A stretch of 43,218 bases of DNA. Source: Calditrichaceae bacterium. GTDB lineage: Bacteria; Calditrichota; Calditrichia; Calditrichales; JBFXGD01. Position 1 is the stretch's first letter; every line of letters starts with the position of its first letter. Made by a program: the position numbers and the translations under genes. The notes below the pieces were generated by a model. That model did no database searches and was not told where the DNA came from. It saw nothing but the letters and a program-made list of their open reading frames with translations. Of the stretch, positions 8,721-18,759 are shown piece after piece. The stretch covers positions 1-43,218 of the forward strand of contig JBFXGD010000012.1 of NCBI GenBank assembly GCA_050178385.1, written 5' to 3'.

Positions 8721-9812
8721 ATGAGAAAATTTATAACCCTATCCCTGATGATTTTGGGACTGTTATCAACGAGCGACATTGTATTCGCTCAGGGCGAAGC
8801 CGCAGTTCCGTTTCTCCAGATTAATCCCGGCGCGCGTAACGGAGGACTGGGTGAGGCCGGTGTCGCGCTCGCGGAGGATGCGACGGCCGTTTATTGGAAT
8901 CCGGCCGGACTCGCGTTCCAGTATGATAATCCCGAAGTGGATACCAAGGGCGAGATTTCACTGATGCACGCCAAATGGCTTCCGCAGTTTAATTTTTCCG
9001 ATCTGTTTTATGATTATCTTGCCTGGCGTTATTATATTGAAGATATCGGCATGATTGGCGGGAGTATCACCTATCTGAATTTGGGAGAAAATGTCTGGAC
9101 AGATGAAGCCGGAAATGAATTGGGAACTTTTGATTCTTACGAATATGCGGTAACACTATCCTATGCGACAAAGTTGAAATCCAATCTGGGGATTGGTGTG
9201 AACGCAAAAATTATTCAGAGTAATCTTTCCGATGTTCAAGTCGGTTCGGAAAATCAGGATGGAAAAGCGACTGCGTTTGCCGTGGATCTTGGTGTATTAT
9301 GGACGCCCGGTTACGCGATATTTGATAATCGATTAAGACTTGGAGCAAATCTGTCGAATTTTGGACCGAAAGTTTCCTATATCGACAAAGATCAGGCGGA
9401 TCCGTTACCGACCAATTTACGTTTGGGTCTGGCTTATAAAATATATGATGATGAATTCAACAGGATCAATTTTGTTTATGACCTTAACCGGTTGCTTGTT
9501 GTAAAACACAAAGACGGCACATCCGATAATGTGTTTGAAGCGGCATTCTATTCAAGCTGGGTTGAAGGTGATTTGAGCGACCGGTTAAAAAGATTCACCC
9601 ACTCAGTAGGTCTGGAATACTGGTATGGCAATTTGATCGCTTTGAGGGCGGGGTATTTTTACGAAGATCCGAATTACGGCGATAGAAATTACCTTACCTT
9701 CGGCGGAGGTTTGCAGTATAATATTTTTGGAATCGATTTTAGCTATGTGTCTGCCGGTGAAGAAGATCCGCTTTCAGATACAATGCGATTTTCTCTCGCG
9801 GTCCAATTCTAA
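8721..9812 (+). CDS. porV: T9SS outer-membrane shuttle protein PorV
   Basis: Signal peptide; AVPFLQINPGARNGGLGEAGVA, YWNPAGLAF, KWLPQF, LSNFGPKVSY, LPTNLRLG, GLEYWY..LIALRAGYFYE; C-terminal Phe; SD GGAGG. Confidence 0.85.
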   Translation: MRKFITLSLMILGLLSTSDIVFAQGEAAVPFLQINPGARNGGLGEAGVALAEDATAVYWNPAGLAFQYDNPEVDTKGEISLMHAKWLPQFNFSDLFYDYLAWRYYIEDIGMIGGSITYLNLGENVWTDEAGNELGTFDSYEYAVTLSYATKLKSNLGIGVNAKIIQSNLSDVQVGSENQDGKATAFAVDLGVLWTPGYAIFDNRLRLGANLSNFGPKVSYIDKDQADPLPTNLRLGLAYKIYDDEFNRINFVYDLNRLLVVKHKDGTSDNVFEAAFYSSWVEGDLSDRLKRFTHSVGLEYWYGNLIALRAGYFYEDPNYGDRNYLTFGGGLQYNIFGIDFSYVSAGEEDPLSDTMRFSLAVQF

Positions 9813-9823
9813 TAATAAATTAA

Positions 9824-9858
9824 AACGGGAAATCAGTTGATTTCCCGTTGTCTTTTTC
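9824..9858 (+). terminator. Probable intrinsic terminator after porV
   Basis: AACGGGAAATC-AGTT-GATTTCCCGTT 11-bp stem followed by GTCTTTTT. Confidence 0.65.
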
Positions 9859-9953
9859 GGGACTTTCTTAAATCCTGATAATTACGCAGGTATCCGGCGA
9901 TTGGGATCCTGAATGTCCTGTCATCTACTTATCTGAAATTGAGTGACCTGAAA

Positions 9954-12884
9954 ATGATGATCCTTCGAATTCTTGGTTTTGTAGTCTCGTTGATTCTGCT
10001 GGTAAATTCCGCCTATTCTCAGCAAACCATTAAGATTTGCGCCATCAGAGTAGAGTTTCTGACGGATGAGAATGAATTAACTTCCGGTGACGGCAGATTT
10101 ATGATCGATTCCACCACTACAGATCCTTTCGCAATTGATCCGGCTCCTCATGACCGGACGTATTTCAACGATCAGATGCTCGCGGCTGTTAATTATTATC
10201 AGAATGTTTCGAACGGACGGGTTGTTATTGAGGGCGACGTATTCCCGCGCGCGTTGAACGCGGCATATCAGTTACCGCAAAAAATGGGATATTATAACCC
10301 GAATACCGGCGATGTCGCTACAAATCTCGGGCTGAGCAGACTGCTGAGAGATGCGGTAGCGGCCGCGGATGCGGATACAGCCTTTTTGTTTTCTGATTAC
10401 GATTTGGTCATAGTTTTTCATGCCGGAGTAGGAAAAGATATTGATGTGGGATTCGATGAAACCCCGCAGGATATCCCTTCCCTTTTTATAACGCCGCGAT
10501 TTCTGAAAACATCCTTTGGGGATGATTATGAAGGCATTCCCGCTGACAATGGTTCTCATCAGATCGACCGGGGAATTATTATGCCGGAGACTGAAAATCA
10601 GGAAGGTCTTCAGATCGCCATGAATGGGATTCTGGTATCGAACATCGGGAGTTACCTGGGCCTTTATGATTTATTTAGTCCAACGACTCAAAGATCAGGG
10701 GTTGGCAGATTTGATCTGATGGATGTGGGATTAGTAAACCTAAACGGATTGATTCCTTCACGTCCGGGTGCCTTTTCCAGGACACTTCTGGGATGGGATG
10801 AACCTTACCTGACAGAAGTTCCGCAAAATGATATCAGTCTCGGGCGAATTGGGCAACAAATTCCGCCGGGCAGTCATTCTGTCGTTAAAATACCGATTAA
10901 TGATGATGAATATTATCTGCTTGAAAATCGCGGGGACTATCTAGTTAATATGGATTCTCTCTTTTTTGTCCTCTACGAAAACCGGGTAACACCTCCCTCC
11001 TATCTGGAAGTACTGAAAACTTATTTTCCTGACCGGATTAATGTGTCTGACTCGAGCGGAGTTTTGCTTAGTGTTGAGGATTATGACTGGGGACTACCCG
11101 GCTCCGGGATCCTGATCTGGCATATTGATGAGCGTATCATTGCCGAAAAAAAGGAAGATAATAAAATTAATGATAATCCTGATTTAAGGGGTGTGGATAT
11201 TGAAGAAGCCGACGGATCACAGGATATCGGGAAATTATATTCCATCATAGAGAGCGGATATCAGTCGGAGCTTGGTACATGGCTGGATTTCTGGTTTGAC
11301 GGGAATCCGTCTCCATTGTATAAGAATGAATTCTCAGCAGTAAGCGCCCCCGCCACCAGGGCGAATCTGAATAACGCGGTTTCTCATATAACGCTTAAAA
11401 ATTTCAGTGCGCGCAATGCGGATATCATATCTTTTAACTACCTTCGGGACTATTACGAACCCGGTTTTCCTCTAAAGGTATCGGAAACAAGTTCAAATTT
11501 CACGGCCTCTGTAGCGGGAAAAGTGGAGAACAATGATAACTCGGTACTGTTTGGAATCGACGATAATGGGATTATTTACGCGGTCGGGACAGAGGGGAAG
11601 GGACTTCTAAGCGATGATGATACAAGGCTGGCGGAAATCACCGCCACGGTCGGATCTGTAAATCTTGTTTTGGCGGATGCGGATCAGAATGGGTATAATG
11701 ATTTTCTGTTCGCCTCCACTGCTGATTCCATTTATGGAATTGATCTGAATTCGCCGGTTGCCGCGTCACTTTTTATGCCGGTTAGCTTTGATTCTGAGAT
11801 AATTACACCGCTTGTTGTTGCCGGTCCGGGAATTTATTTTGGATGTTCAAATGATACGGTTTACACGCTTGATTTTAACGGCAACATTTCGGCGGCATAT
11901 TCAAACGGTGACTTATCAACTGATCTGGTTGTTAATAACGGCCGCCCGGTTTTCGCGGACGGTTTTAAGTCCGGGTATTCAGCGATCGCGCCGCTGATCA
12001 TGGCGGATGAATTAAATCTGATCATTTATGATGACGAAACCGGCTTTTTCAGGATATTTGATGAAACCGGCAGCGAACAACTTGCGAATTTTAAAGCCGC
12101 CTCAGCGCCGGCAGGCCAATTCGCTGTTGCCGATCTTGATGACAACGGGACATTTGATATTATTTATGCCGGGTCTGACAAAATATACGCTCAAAATTCC
12201 AGAGGCTTCAGCCTTGATGGATTCCCAATAAGTGTGGAATTAACAAATGATGAAATGTTTGTCGGATCACCTTTAATACTCGATGCCGATGACAGCGGAG
12301 ATGCGGATATACTCATCTCCACCAATAAGGGACAGGTTAGAGGCTATAGACAGAATGGCCGGATGCTGCAGGGTTATCCGCTTACAGCAGGAGGCACTCT
12401 ATGGGATACACCGGTTCTTCTCCAACTTGATGGAGATGAAGAACTTGAACTGGCCGTTAGAAATCTGGAAGGATCGCTCTATGTCTGGCAATTGCCGGTT
12501 ATTGAAGTTGAAGCAGATATAAAATGGGGGCAGGCAAATCTTAATGAGTATGGAAATGTCCTGCTGAATGAAGGTTTAATTTACAAACCAATATCGTCTA
12601 AACTCATGCCTGCCAACCGGGTGTATAACTACCCGAATCCCAATGAAGGGGGATTTACAACTATCAGGTATTACCTTAATGAACCGGCGACTGTAAAAAT
12701 CAGGATCTTTGATACGGCGGGTATGTCGGTTGACTCCTTTGATGGTCCCGGGTATGGTGGTGCCGATAATGAGGTTGTCTGGAATGTTTCCGGTATAGCG
12801 TCCGGAATTTATCTCTGTCAGGTTGATGCTAAGGCTGATGGGAAATCTGAATCGAAAGTTATTAAAATTATGGTTGTTCACTAA
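9954..12884 (+). CDS. Secreted T9SS cargo: M6 (immune inhibitor A)-like domain with degenerate zinc site, FG-GAP/VCBS repeats, type A CTD
   Basis: Signal peptide; IVFHAGVG, LGLYDLF, GVGRFDLMDVG, EYYLLENR, GILIWHID, DIEEADG; ADLDDNGTFDI-type repeats; YNYPNP...ASGIYL...KIMVVH; start 9954/9957 (track start TTG 9939). Confidence 0.8.
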   Translation: MMILRILGFVVSLILLVNSAYSQQTIKICAIRVEFLTDENELTSGDGRFMIDSTTTDPFAIDPAPHDRTYFNDQMLAAVNYYQNVSNGRVVIEGDVFPRALNAAYQLPQKMGYYNPNTGDVATNLGLSRLLRDAVAAADADTAFLFSDYDLVIVFHAGVGKDIDVGFDETPQDIPSLFITPRFLKTSFGDDYEGIPADNGSHQIDRGIIMPETENQEGLQIAMNGILVSNIGSYLGLYDLFSPTTQRSGVGRFDLMDVGLVNLNGLIPSRPGAFSRTLLGWDEPYLTEVPQNDISLGRIGQQIPPGSHSVVKIPINDDEYYLLENRGDYLVNMDSLFFVLYENRVTPPSYLEVLKTYFPDRINVSDSSGVLLSVEDYDWGLPGSGILIWHIDERIIAEKKEDNKINDNPDLRGVDIEEADGSQDIGKLYSIIESGYQSELGTWLDFWFDGNPSPLYKNEFSAVSAPATRANLNNAVSHITLKNFSARNADIISFNYLRDYYEPGFPLKVSETSSNFTASVAGKVENNDNSVLFGIDDNGIIYAVGTEGKGLLSDDDTRLAEITATVGSVNLVLADADQNGYNDFLFASTADSIYGIDLNSPVAASLFMPVSFDSEIITPLVVAGPGIYFGCSNDTVYTLDFNGNISAAYSNGDLSTDLVVNNGRPVFADGFKSGYSAIAPLIMADELNLIIYDDETGFFRIFDETGSEQLANFKAASAPAGQFAVADLDDNGTFDIIYAGSDKIYAQNSRGFSLDGFPISVELTNDEMFVGSPLILDADDSGDADILISTNKGQVRGYRQNGRMLQGYPLTAGGTLWDTPVLLQLDGDEELELAVRNLEGSLYVWQLPVIEVEADIKWGQANLNEYGNVLLNEGLIYKPISSKLMPANRVYNYPNPNEGGFTTIRYYLNEPATVKIRIFDTAGMSVDSFDGPGYGGADNEVVWNVSGIASGIYLCQVDAKADGKSESKVIKIMVVH

Positions 12885-12897
12885 TGCGGGAAGCTAG

Positions 12898-15800
12898 ATG
12901 CAGCGAAAAGTTATATTTTTTTTAATCGTTCTTTTAATCAGTACCGGTTGGACGCAGACTTATGAATATCATCATCCGGAGCTCAGGTGGGAGACCTTTG
13001 ACACGGATCATTTCACCGTGCATTTTCATCAGGGAACACGGCAGACCGCGTTCATAGTTGCTAAGATTGCCGAAGATATCTACCCTCATCTCACCGGATT
13101 ATATAACTATAAACCAAAGGGCAAGATTCATTTCATCATAAAAGATACCGATGATTATTCAAACGGCGGAGCGTTCTTTTTTGATGACAAGGTGGAAATC
13201 TGGGCATCGAATCTGGATTATGTCATGCGCGGAACCAAAAACTGGCTTCGTGATGTGGTAACACATGAATTCACACATATGATTTCGATCCAAAAGGCGG
13301 TTAAGACGAACACATTATTCCCTTATGGATTTTTTCAGGTGTTCGGTTATGAAAATGAGCGGCGTAAAGACGTTGTCCGCGGATTCCCCAATACAATTGT
13401 TTCTTATCCCATAAGCTCAATAAATATACCGGTCTGGTTTGCGGAAGGCGTGGCCCAGCACCAGGCGGACAGCAGCCGTTATGATTACCGTGATCCCCAT
13501 CGTGAGATGATTGTAAGGGACAGGATACTTAATGATAAATTACTCACTTATAACGAAATGACTGTCTTTGGGAAAAACAGCCATGGGAATGAATCATCCT
13601 ATAATCTGGGATTTTCATTTGTAAATTATCTGACAGATCGTTTTGGTGAAAACATTCTTGAGAAAATCACAGAAATATCATCCCGCTGGAATTCCTATAC
13701 CTTCGAAGGAGTAGTCCGGAAAGCAACCGGCATCCCGGTGGAAAATCTGTACTCGGACTGGAAAGATTCACTCCAAACAGTTTACGGGCAGCGAACAGAG
13801 GAAATCCGCAAAAATCTGGTCAGGGGCCGCGTGGTAGAGAAGGATGGATTTAGCAATCTTTATCCGGTCTGGTCGCCGGATGGCTCAAAAATAGCTTATT
13901 TGTCTAATGCGGGAGAAGATTATTTCGGCGAGAATCGTCTGGTGCTCTACGATAATAAAACCAGATCAAAGAAAAACTTAACCGGATCGGTTTCATCTTC
14001 GCTTTCATGGTCGCCGGATGGAAAATATATCACCTACGCGCGACAGACCAGGGGTGAAAACGAGTCATCGTTTTACGACTTATATCTGTATGATATAGCG
14101 GGAAACAAGGAAATTCGTCTCACCGAAGGGCTTAGAGGCACCAATCCTGATTTTAGTAATGACGGGAAACGGATCGTATTTGTAACATCAACAAATGGTT
14201 TGAATCAGCTTAATATTTATGATTTGCCCAAATCGTTTGAAAAAAATGATAAACAGGTAATATACGCGGACAGGGAAACCGGCAGAATAGTTCCGGCAAA
14301 AACGAACAATAACGATTTAAGAACAATACGGATCGTAGGCGGTACAATTCAGCAGGTTTTAATATTTGATGACAACAGGCAAATTTATCACCCGCGCTGG
14401 TCAAATGATGATTCTAAGATTATTTTTGATACAGCGATCGGTTACGGGCGTAATTTAGGTGTTTATGATCTCAATGAAAAAAGTTTTGATATCCTCCTTG
14501 ATGCGCCGGAAGAATTACGATATCCGGTAGTTCAACCTAATTCATCATGGCTGTATTATGCGGCAAGTACAACCGGAATTTATAACATATACAGATATAA
14601 CCAGGAAAGCGGTGAGAAAGAGCAGTTGACAAATGTGACAGGCGGCGCCCTGATGCCGTCGGTAAATATCGACGGCGACCTTGTTTATGCGTGCTACGAC
14701 AGCCTTGGCTATCATATATACAAAATTCAAAACCCGATGCCTGTTTCTTCTGAGAAGGCGGTTTATGATGAACGGTATACCGCCGGGATTCCCGTGAAAA
14801 ATTTTGACGATTCATCATACCCGGAATATGAAGTGAAACCCTACAAAAGAAAGTTTTCGGGTATTCATATTCTGCCGCGTGTGCTTATAGATTACAAAAC
14901 AGTGAAGCCGGGATTTTATGTCGTATCCTCAGACGTCCTTCAGAAGACAAGTTTTATCGGCGGCGCGGCGGTAAATTCCGATCTCGATTACGATTTATAT
15001 GCCTATTTCGAGCTCAAGGAATTATTGCCGTCATTATTTTTTGAAGTTTATAATTCAACCGCCAATATCGAAGATACGCTGAGCATAAAAAGGGGGGAAT
15101 CATCATTCCTCAGTTTCAAAAGAAATGTAAATTTTAATCTGACAGAAGCCAGGGTTGGTATAAATGCCAGACTGATGGGATTACTGGATTCGAAAGCGTC
15201 ATTTGTTTACCGATACTATAATGCTAATCTTGACCCGGCTTCGGCATTTAGCGAAAATGAAGGATGGGTTTACATTCCGACTATCCGCTATAATTATCTA
15301 AAGGGATGGGCTTTGGAGTGGAGCGTTTTTGCTGATATGGTTCACCCGGACAAGGATAAGGAGATAAATCCGTCGGGAGGAAGATACTTTTTTCTGAAAC
15401 ACAGTTATCAGTCCAATGATTTTTTGGAAGGATTTTCAACTGACAGAAGTCTCGGGCTTGAAGAGTACCGGAATTACACATTTAATCAGATTGAAATGGA
15501 TTGGGAAGAGTTTTTTAAAAATCCTTTTTTATCAGGACACGCCTTTAGCCTAAGACTGAGAGGGGGATATATAGACCGGTCAGTGGATAGTTTCTTTAAT
15601 CTGTTTGCCGGAGGATTGATAGGCATGAAGGGGTATTCCTATTATAGTCTCGAAGGAAGGAAGAAGCTCATCGGGACGGCCGCATATCGATTTCCTCTTC
15701 TAAGCCATCTTGATACGCGTATCGGACATCTTTATCTTGACAAATTGTACTTTGGTATGTTCTATGATTATGGGAACGCATGGGATGAAGATGAAATTAA

Positions 15801-16041
15801 ATTTGATAAATTTAAGCGTGATATCGGTTTTCAGTTGAGATTAGACTCATTTTCGTATTATCTTTTCCCGACAAGATTCTTTGCTGAGGCGGTTTATCCT
15901 TTGGATGAAGTCACCAATGGCGACACACGATATGACAAAGAGTGGCGATTTTATTTTGGGGCGTTGTTTGAGTTTGATATACGGGAACGATTCGGCAGTC
16001 TGTTCAGAACAAGTAAATCCGGACCTGACCGAAGATTTTAG
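12898..16041 (+). CDS. Outer-membrane protein: gluzincin-like peptidase domain, TolB/PD40 beta-propeller, Omp85/BamA-like barrel
   Basis: HEFTH...PVWFAEG; PVWSPDGSKIAY and SWSPDGKYI repeats; C-terminal GG..GMKGY and FYDYGNAW Omp85-like motifs. Confidence 0.75.
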   Translation: MQRKVIFFLIVLLISTGWTQTYEYHHPELRWETFDTDHFTVHFHQGTRQTAFIVAKIAEDIYPHLTGLYNYKPKGKIHFIIKDTDDYSNGGAFFFDDKVEIWASNLDYVMRGTKNWLRDVVTHEFTHMISIQKAVKTNTLFPYGFFQVFGYENERRKDVVRGFPNTIVSYPISSINIPVWFAEGVAQHQADSSRYDYRDPHREMIVRDRILNDKLLTYNEMTVFGKNSHGNESSYNLGFSFVNYLTDRFGENILEKITEISSRWNSYTFEGVVRKATGIPVENLYSDWKDSLQTVYGQRTEEIRKNLVRGRVVEKDGFSNLYPVWSPDGSKIAYLSNAGEDYFGENRLVLYDNKTRSKKNLTGSVSSSLSWSPDGKYITYARQTRGENESSFYDLYLYDIAGNKEIRLTEGLRGTNPDFSNDGKRIVFVTSTNGLNQLNIYDLPKSFEKNDKQVIYADRETGRIVPAKTNNNDLRTIRIVGGTIQQVLIFDDNRQIYHPRWSNDDSKIIFDTAIGYGRNLGVYDLNEKSFDILLDAPEELRYPVVQPNSSWLYYAASTTGIYNIYRYNQESGEKEQLTNVTGGALMPSVNIDGDLVYACYDSLGYHIYKIQNPMPVSSEKAVYDERYTAGIPVKNFDDSSYPEYEVKPYKRKFSGIHILPRVLIDYKTVKPGFYVVSSDVLQKTSFIGGAAVNSDLDYDLYAYFELKELLPSLFFEVYNSTANIEDTLSIKRGESSFLSFKRNVNFNLTEARVGINARLMGLLDSKASFVYRYYNANLDPASAFSENEGWVYIPTIRYNYLKGWALEWSVFADMVHPDKDKEINPSGGRYFFLKHSYQSNDFLEGFSTDRSLGLEEYRNYTFNQIEMDWEEFFKNPFLSGHAFSLRLRGGYIDRSVDSFFNLFAGGLIGMKGYSYYSLEGRKKLIGTAAYRFPLLSHLDTRIGHLYLDKLYFGMFYDYGNAWDEDEIKFDKFKRDIGFQLRLDSFSYYLFPTRFFAEAVYPLDEVTNGDTRYDKEWRFYFGALFEFDIRERFGSLFRTSKSGPDRRF

Positions 16042-16064
16042 TTAGATAGGCGGAAGGAGAGTCG

Positions 16065-16967
16065 ATGCGTTATCTATATTTTATTTTAGTTTTATCAATG
16101 TACGCGTCAGTTATTGGTATGCCTGATAAGGGATCGGAATCAGATACATCTCAAACCGCGATTGACGCTTCTGCTTCTTTAACAATGAATAATGACAGAT
16201 TTGATTTGCTTGAACAGGTGAAAACAGAAACACAAACCGCTGAAAATAAAAAATCGGGGATTAAAGCAGCTGTAATGTCGGCAATTATACCGGGTGCCGG
16301 TGAATACTATGCGAAATCTTATTGGAAAAGCGCCATTTTTCTGAGTATCGAGATCCTTGCCTGGACGGGATATTTTATCTATGAGCATAAAGGTGATACC
16401 GAAGACAAAAAAATGCGGAGTTTCGCGGATAAAAACTGGAGTGAACAGCGGTACTGGTCAAAGGTTTATGATGAAGCGGTCAAAAAAGATAAATGGACCG
16501 GGGATCCGCTTTCACTCGATGAGAACAGAATTATTTCAAATGATGATTATACAGATGATACGATTGCCGAATTAAGACGTTTGGAGAGAAGCGGTGAGCT
16601 TGGATTTACCCATACACTCCCGGAAACAAAGACACAGCAGTATTATGAGATGATATATAAGTATCTTTTACAATTCGGCGGGGGATGGGTTGATGTGCCC
16701 TCAATCGATTATTACAATCAGACGAATTTTACACAGCCTACACCGCTTATAAGCCGTTATCGGGATATTCGTAATACCAGCAATGATTTTTATGATTTGG
16801 CTACGACTATGTCGGGGGTCGCATTGATGAATCATTTGCTAAGCGCGCTGGATGGAGCGTTATCCGTGAAGAAGTATAATAAACGCGTCGGATATGCTCT
16901 CAGGGTGGGTCAGCAATATTATGCGGGTGAGAGTCTGCGTACTTACGGAGTATATATTACATGGTAG
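16065..16967 (+). CDS. Exported/membrane protein, DUF5683/TM2-like (paralogue 1)
   Basis: Signal peptide; KKSGIKAAVMSAIIPGAGEYY; NHLLSALDG; ends in Trp; SD AAGGAG. Confidence 0.65.
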   Translation: MRYLYFILVLSMYASVIGMPDKGSESDTSQTAIDASASLTMNNDRFDLLEQVKTETQTAENKKSGIKAAVMSAIIPGAGEYYAKSYWKSAIFLSIEILAWTGYFIYEHKGDTEDKKMRSFADKNWSEQRYWSKVYDEAVKKDKWTGDPLSLDENRIISNDDYTDDTIAELRRLERSGELGFTHTLPETKTQQYYEMIYKYLLQFGGGWVDVPSIDYYNQTNFTQPTPLISRYRDIRNTSNDFYDLATTMSGVALMNHLLSALDGALSVKKYNKRVGYALRVGQQYYAGESLRTYGVYITW

Positions 16968-17025
16968 CTTTATAGATTTGTTTGTTAAGTTTGTTTTAAT
17001 TTTTAAATCACAAATGTGTGGAAAT

Positions 17026-17817
17026 ATGATGATAAAGTTCAAAATCGCATTATTTTTCGGATTATTTACAATATTACCGGCACCAGGAACTGCACAGGAA
17101 AATCCGGTCCATATTCCTTTTAAGCCTTCGCTGTCATCCATCCGGAACGATGCTAATACTTCCGGTTTTGCGGAGATGCCTGTCACCGATCGCCTCGTTC
17201 AGGAAAATGATGGATTATTGGACGCGCCGCAGAAAAAATCGGTGGGCAAAGCGCTCTTCCTCAGTCTTCTGCTTCCCGGAAGCGGTGAATATTATACGGG
17301 ACATGGTAACTCAGCGAAATTTTTCCTTGGTGTTGAACTGCTTGCCTGGGGAGGCTGGCTGGCAAATACTCTGCATGTAAACCGGCTTGAAGACGCTTAT
17401 ACGGCTTACGCTTCACAACATGCGGGAGTAAATAAAAACGGCAAGGATGATCAATATTGGATTGACATCGGAAAATATGATAATATCTATGATTTTAATG
17501 AACAGAGGCGTCGCGACAGGGACATTGATGCGATTTATACGGAAAATGATCTGAATTACTGGGAATGGGATTCAGGTGATAACCGCTTAGTTTTTGACGG
17601 CAAACGTATCCGCGCGTCAGAAATCGCTAATCAGGATATTTATTATGTTGCCGCAATCGTTCTTAACCATATGGTGAGTGGTATCAACGCCATGCGTCTG
17701 GCCAGAAAGCATAATCGAAATATCGCGGAACAAACTTCCTGGAACGTTAGATTTACTTCACACAGTTACGCCGGAAATGATCGATTCATTGGGTTTCAGA
17801 TTTCAACCCGGTTCTGA
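17026..17817 (+). CDS. Exported/membrane protein, DUF5683/TM2-like (paralogue 2)
   Basis: Signal peptide from ATG 17026/17029; KKSVGKALFLSLLLPGSGEYY; NHMVSGINA; ends in Phe. Confidence 0.65.
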   Translation: MMIKFKIALFFGLFTILPAPGTAQENPVHIPFKPSLSSIRNDANTSGFAEMPVTDRLVQENDGLLDAPQKKSVGKALFLSLLLPGSGEYYTGHGNSAKFFLGVELLAWGGWLANTLHVNRLEDAYTAYASQHAGVNKNGKDDQYWIDIGKYDNIYDFNEQRRRDRDIDAIYTENDLNYWEWDSGDNRLVFDGKRIRASEIANQDIYYVAAIVLNHMVSGINAMRLARKHNRNIAEQTSWNVRFTSHSYAGNDRFIGFQISTRF

Positions 17818-17823
17818 TTAAAA

Positions 17824-18759
17824 ATGAATAAAAAAGTACTCATTACCGGTATCAGCGGATTTATCGGTCAGTATCTATGGCTGACCCGGCCTGAAGGTGT
17901 TTTATTGTCCGGGACCTGCAGACAGCCTGATAACCGGATTCAAAATTTCTTCGAAAAACCCGTCTCAAATCAAGCAGATGTTTTGCCGTATGATCTGCTC
18001 AGAGATCCGGCGGCGCAATTGAAAGAACAGCATCCCGATATCATCATTCATGCGGCGGCCATGGCAAACCTTGGCATGTGTGAAAAAGAACCGGAACTTG
18101 CCGCTCGGGTGAATGCGAAGGCCACGGAGCAGTTGGCTGTATGGAGCGCGGACCGGGGAATTCGTCTCATATTTTTATCAACAGATATCGTTTTCAAAGG
18201 TGACCATCCTCCATACACGGAAGACAGCAGGCCCGATCCGGTCAACGTTTACGGTAAAACGAAACTAGCGGCTGAAAGCGCGTTAACGGACATAATGAAA
18301 GATTATGCGACTATAAGGATAGCGCTTGGGCTTGGCAGAGGGCTCGGCAAAACATCCAACTTCATGGACTGGTTTCTTCAACGTCTGGATCATAAGACAG
18401 AAATTCCTCTGTTTTATGATGAAATCCGGACACCGACAGCCGTCATGTACCTTGCGGAGGCAATCTGGAAAATATCTTTGGGAAATGAGACAGGTGTTTT
18501 CCATGCTGCGGGCGCGGATTCTCTCAGCCGTTATGAACTTGGACTATCGATGTGTGAGTTATTGGGGAGAGGTCATGATCTGATAAAGCCTGTATCAATA
18601 ATGTCCATGGCAGATTACAGGCGACCCGTGGATGTCTCGTTAAAGTCGGTCAGAACCGTAAACGGTGAAAGTCTTTCAATTCCGGGAATCAGACAAGTTT
18701 TAAATGAAACATTAAAAAAACAGAGCGGAATGGGTATGCAAACAAAGGATGTTAAATGA
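17824..18759 (+). CDS. RmlD-like extended SDR oxidoreductase
   Basis: VLITGISGFIG, LSTDIVFKG, PVNVYGKTK, DEIRTP, RPVDVSL. Confidence 0.85.
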   Translation: MNKKVLITGISGFIGQYLWLTRPEGVLLSGTCRQPDNRIQNFFEKPVSNQADVLPYDLLRDPAAQLKEQHPDIIIHAAAMANLGMCEKEPELAARVNAKATEQLAVWSADRGIRLIFLSTDIVFKGDHPPYTEDSRPDPVNVYGKTKLAAESALTDIMKDYATIRIALGLGRGLGKTSNFMDWFLQRLDHKTEIPLFYDEIRTPTAVMYLAEAIWKISLGNETGVFHAAGADSLSRYELGLSMCELLGRGHDLIKPVSIMSMADYRRPVDVSLKSVRTVNGESLSIPGIRQVLNETLKKQSGMGMQTKDVK

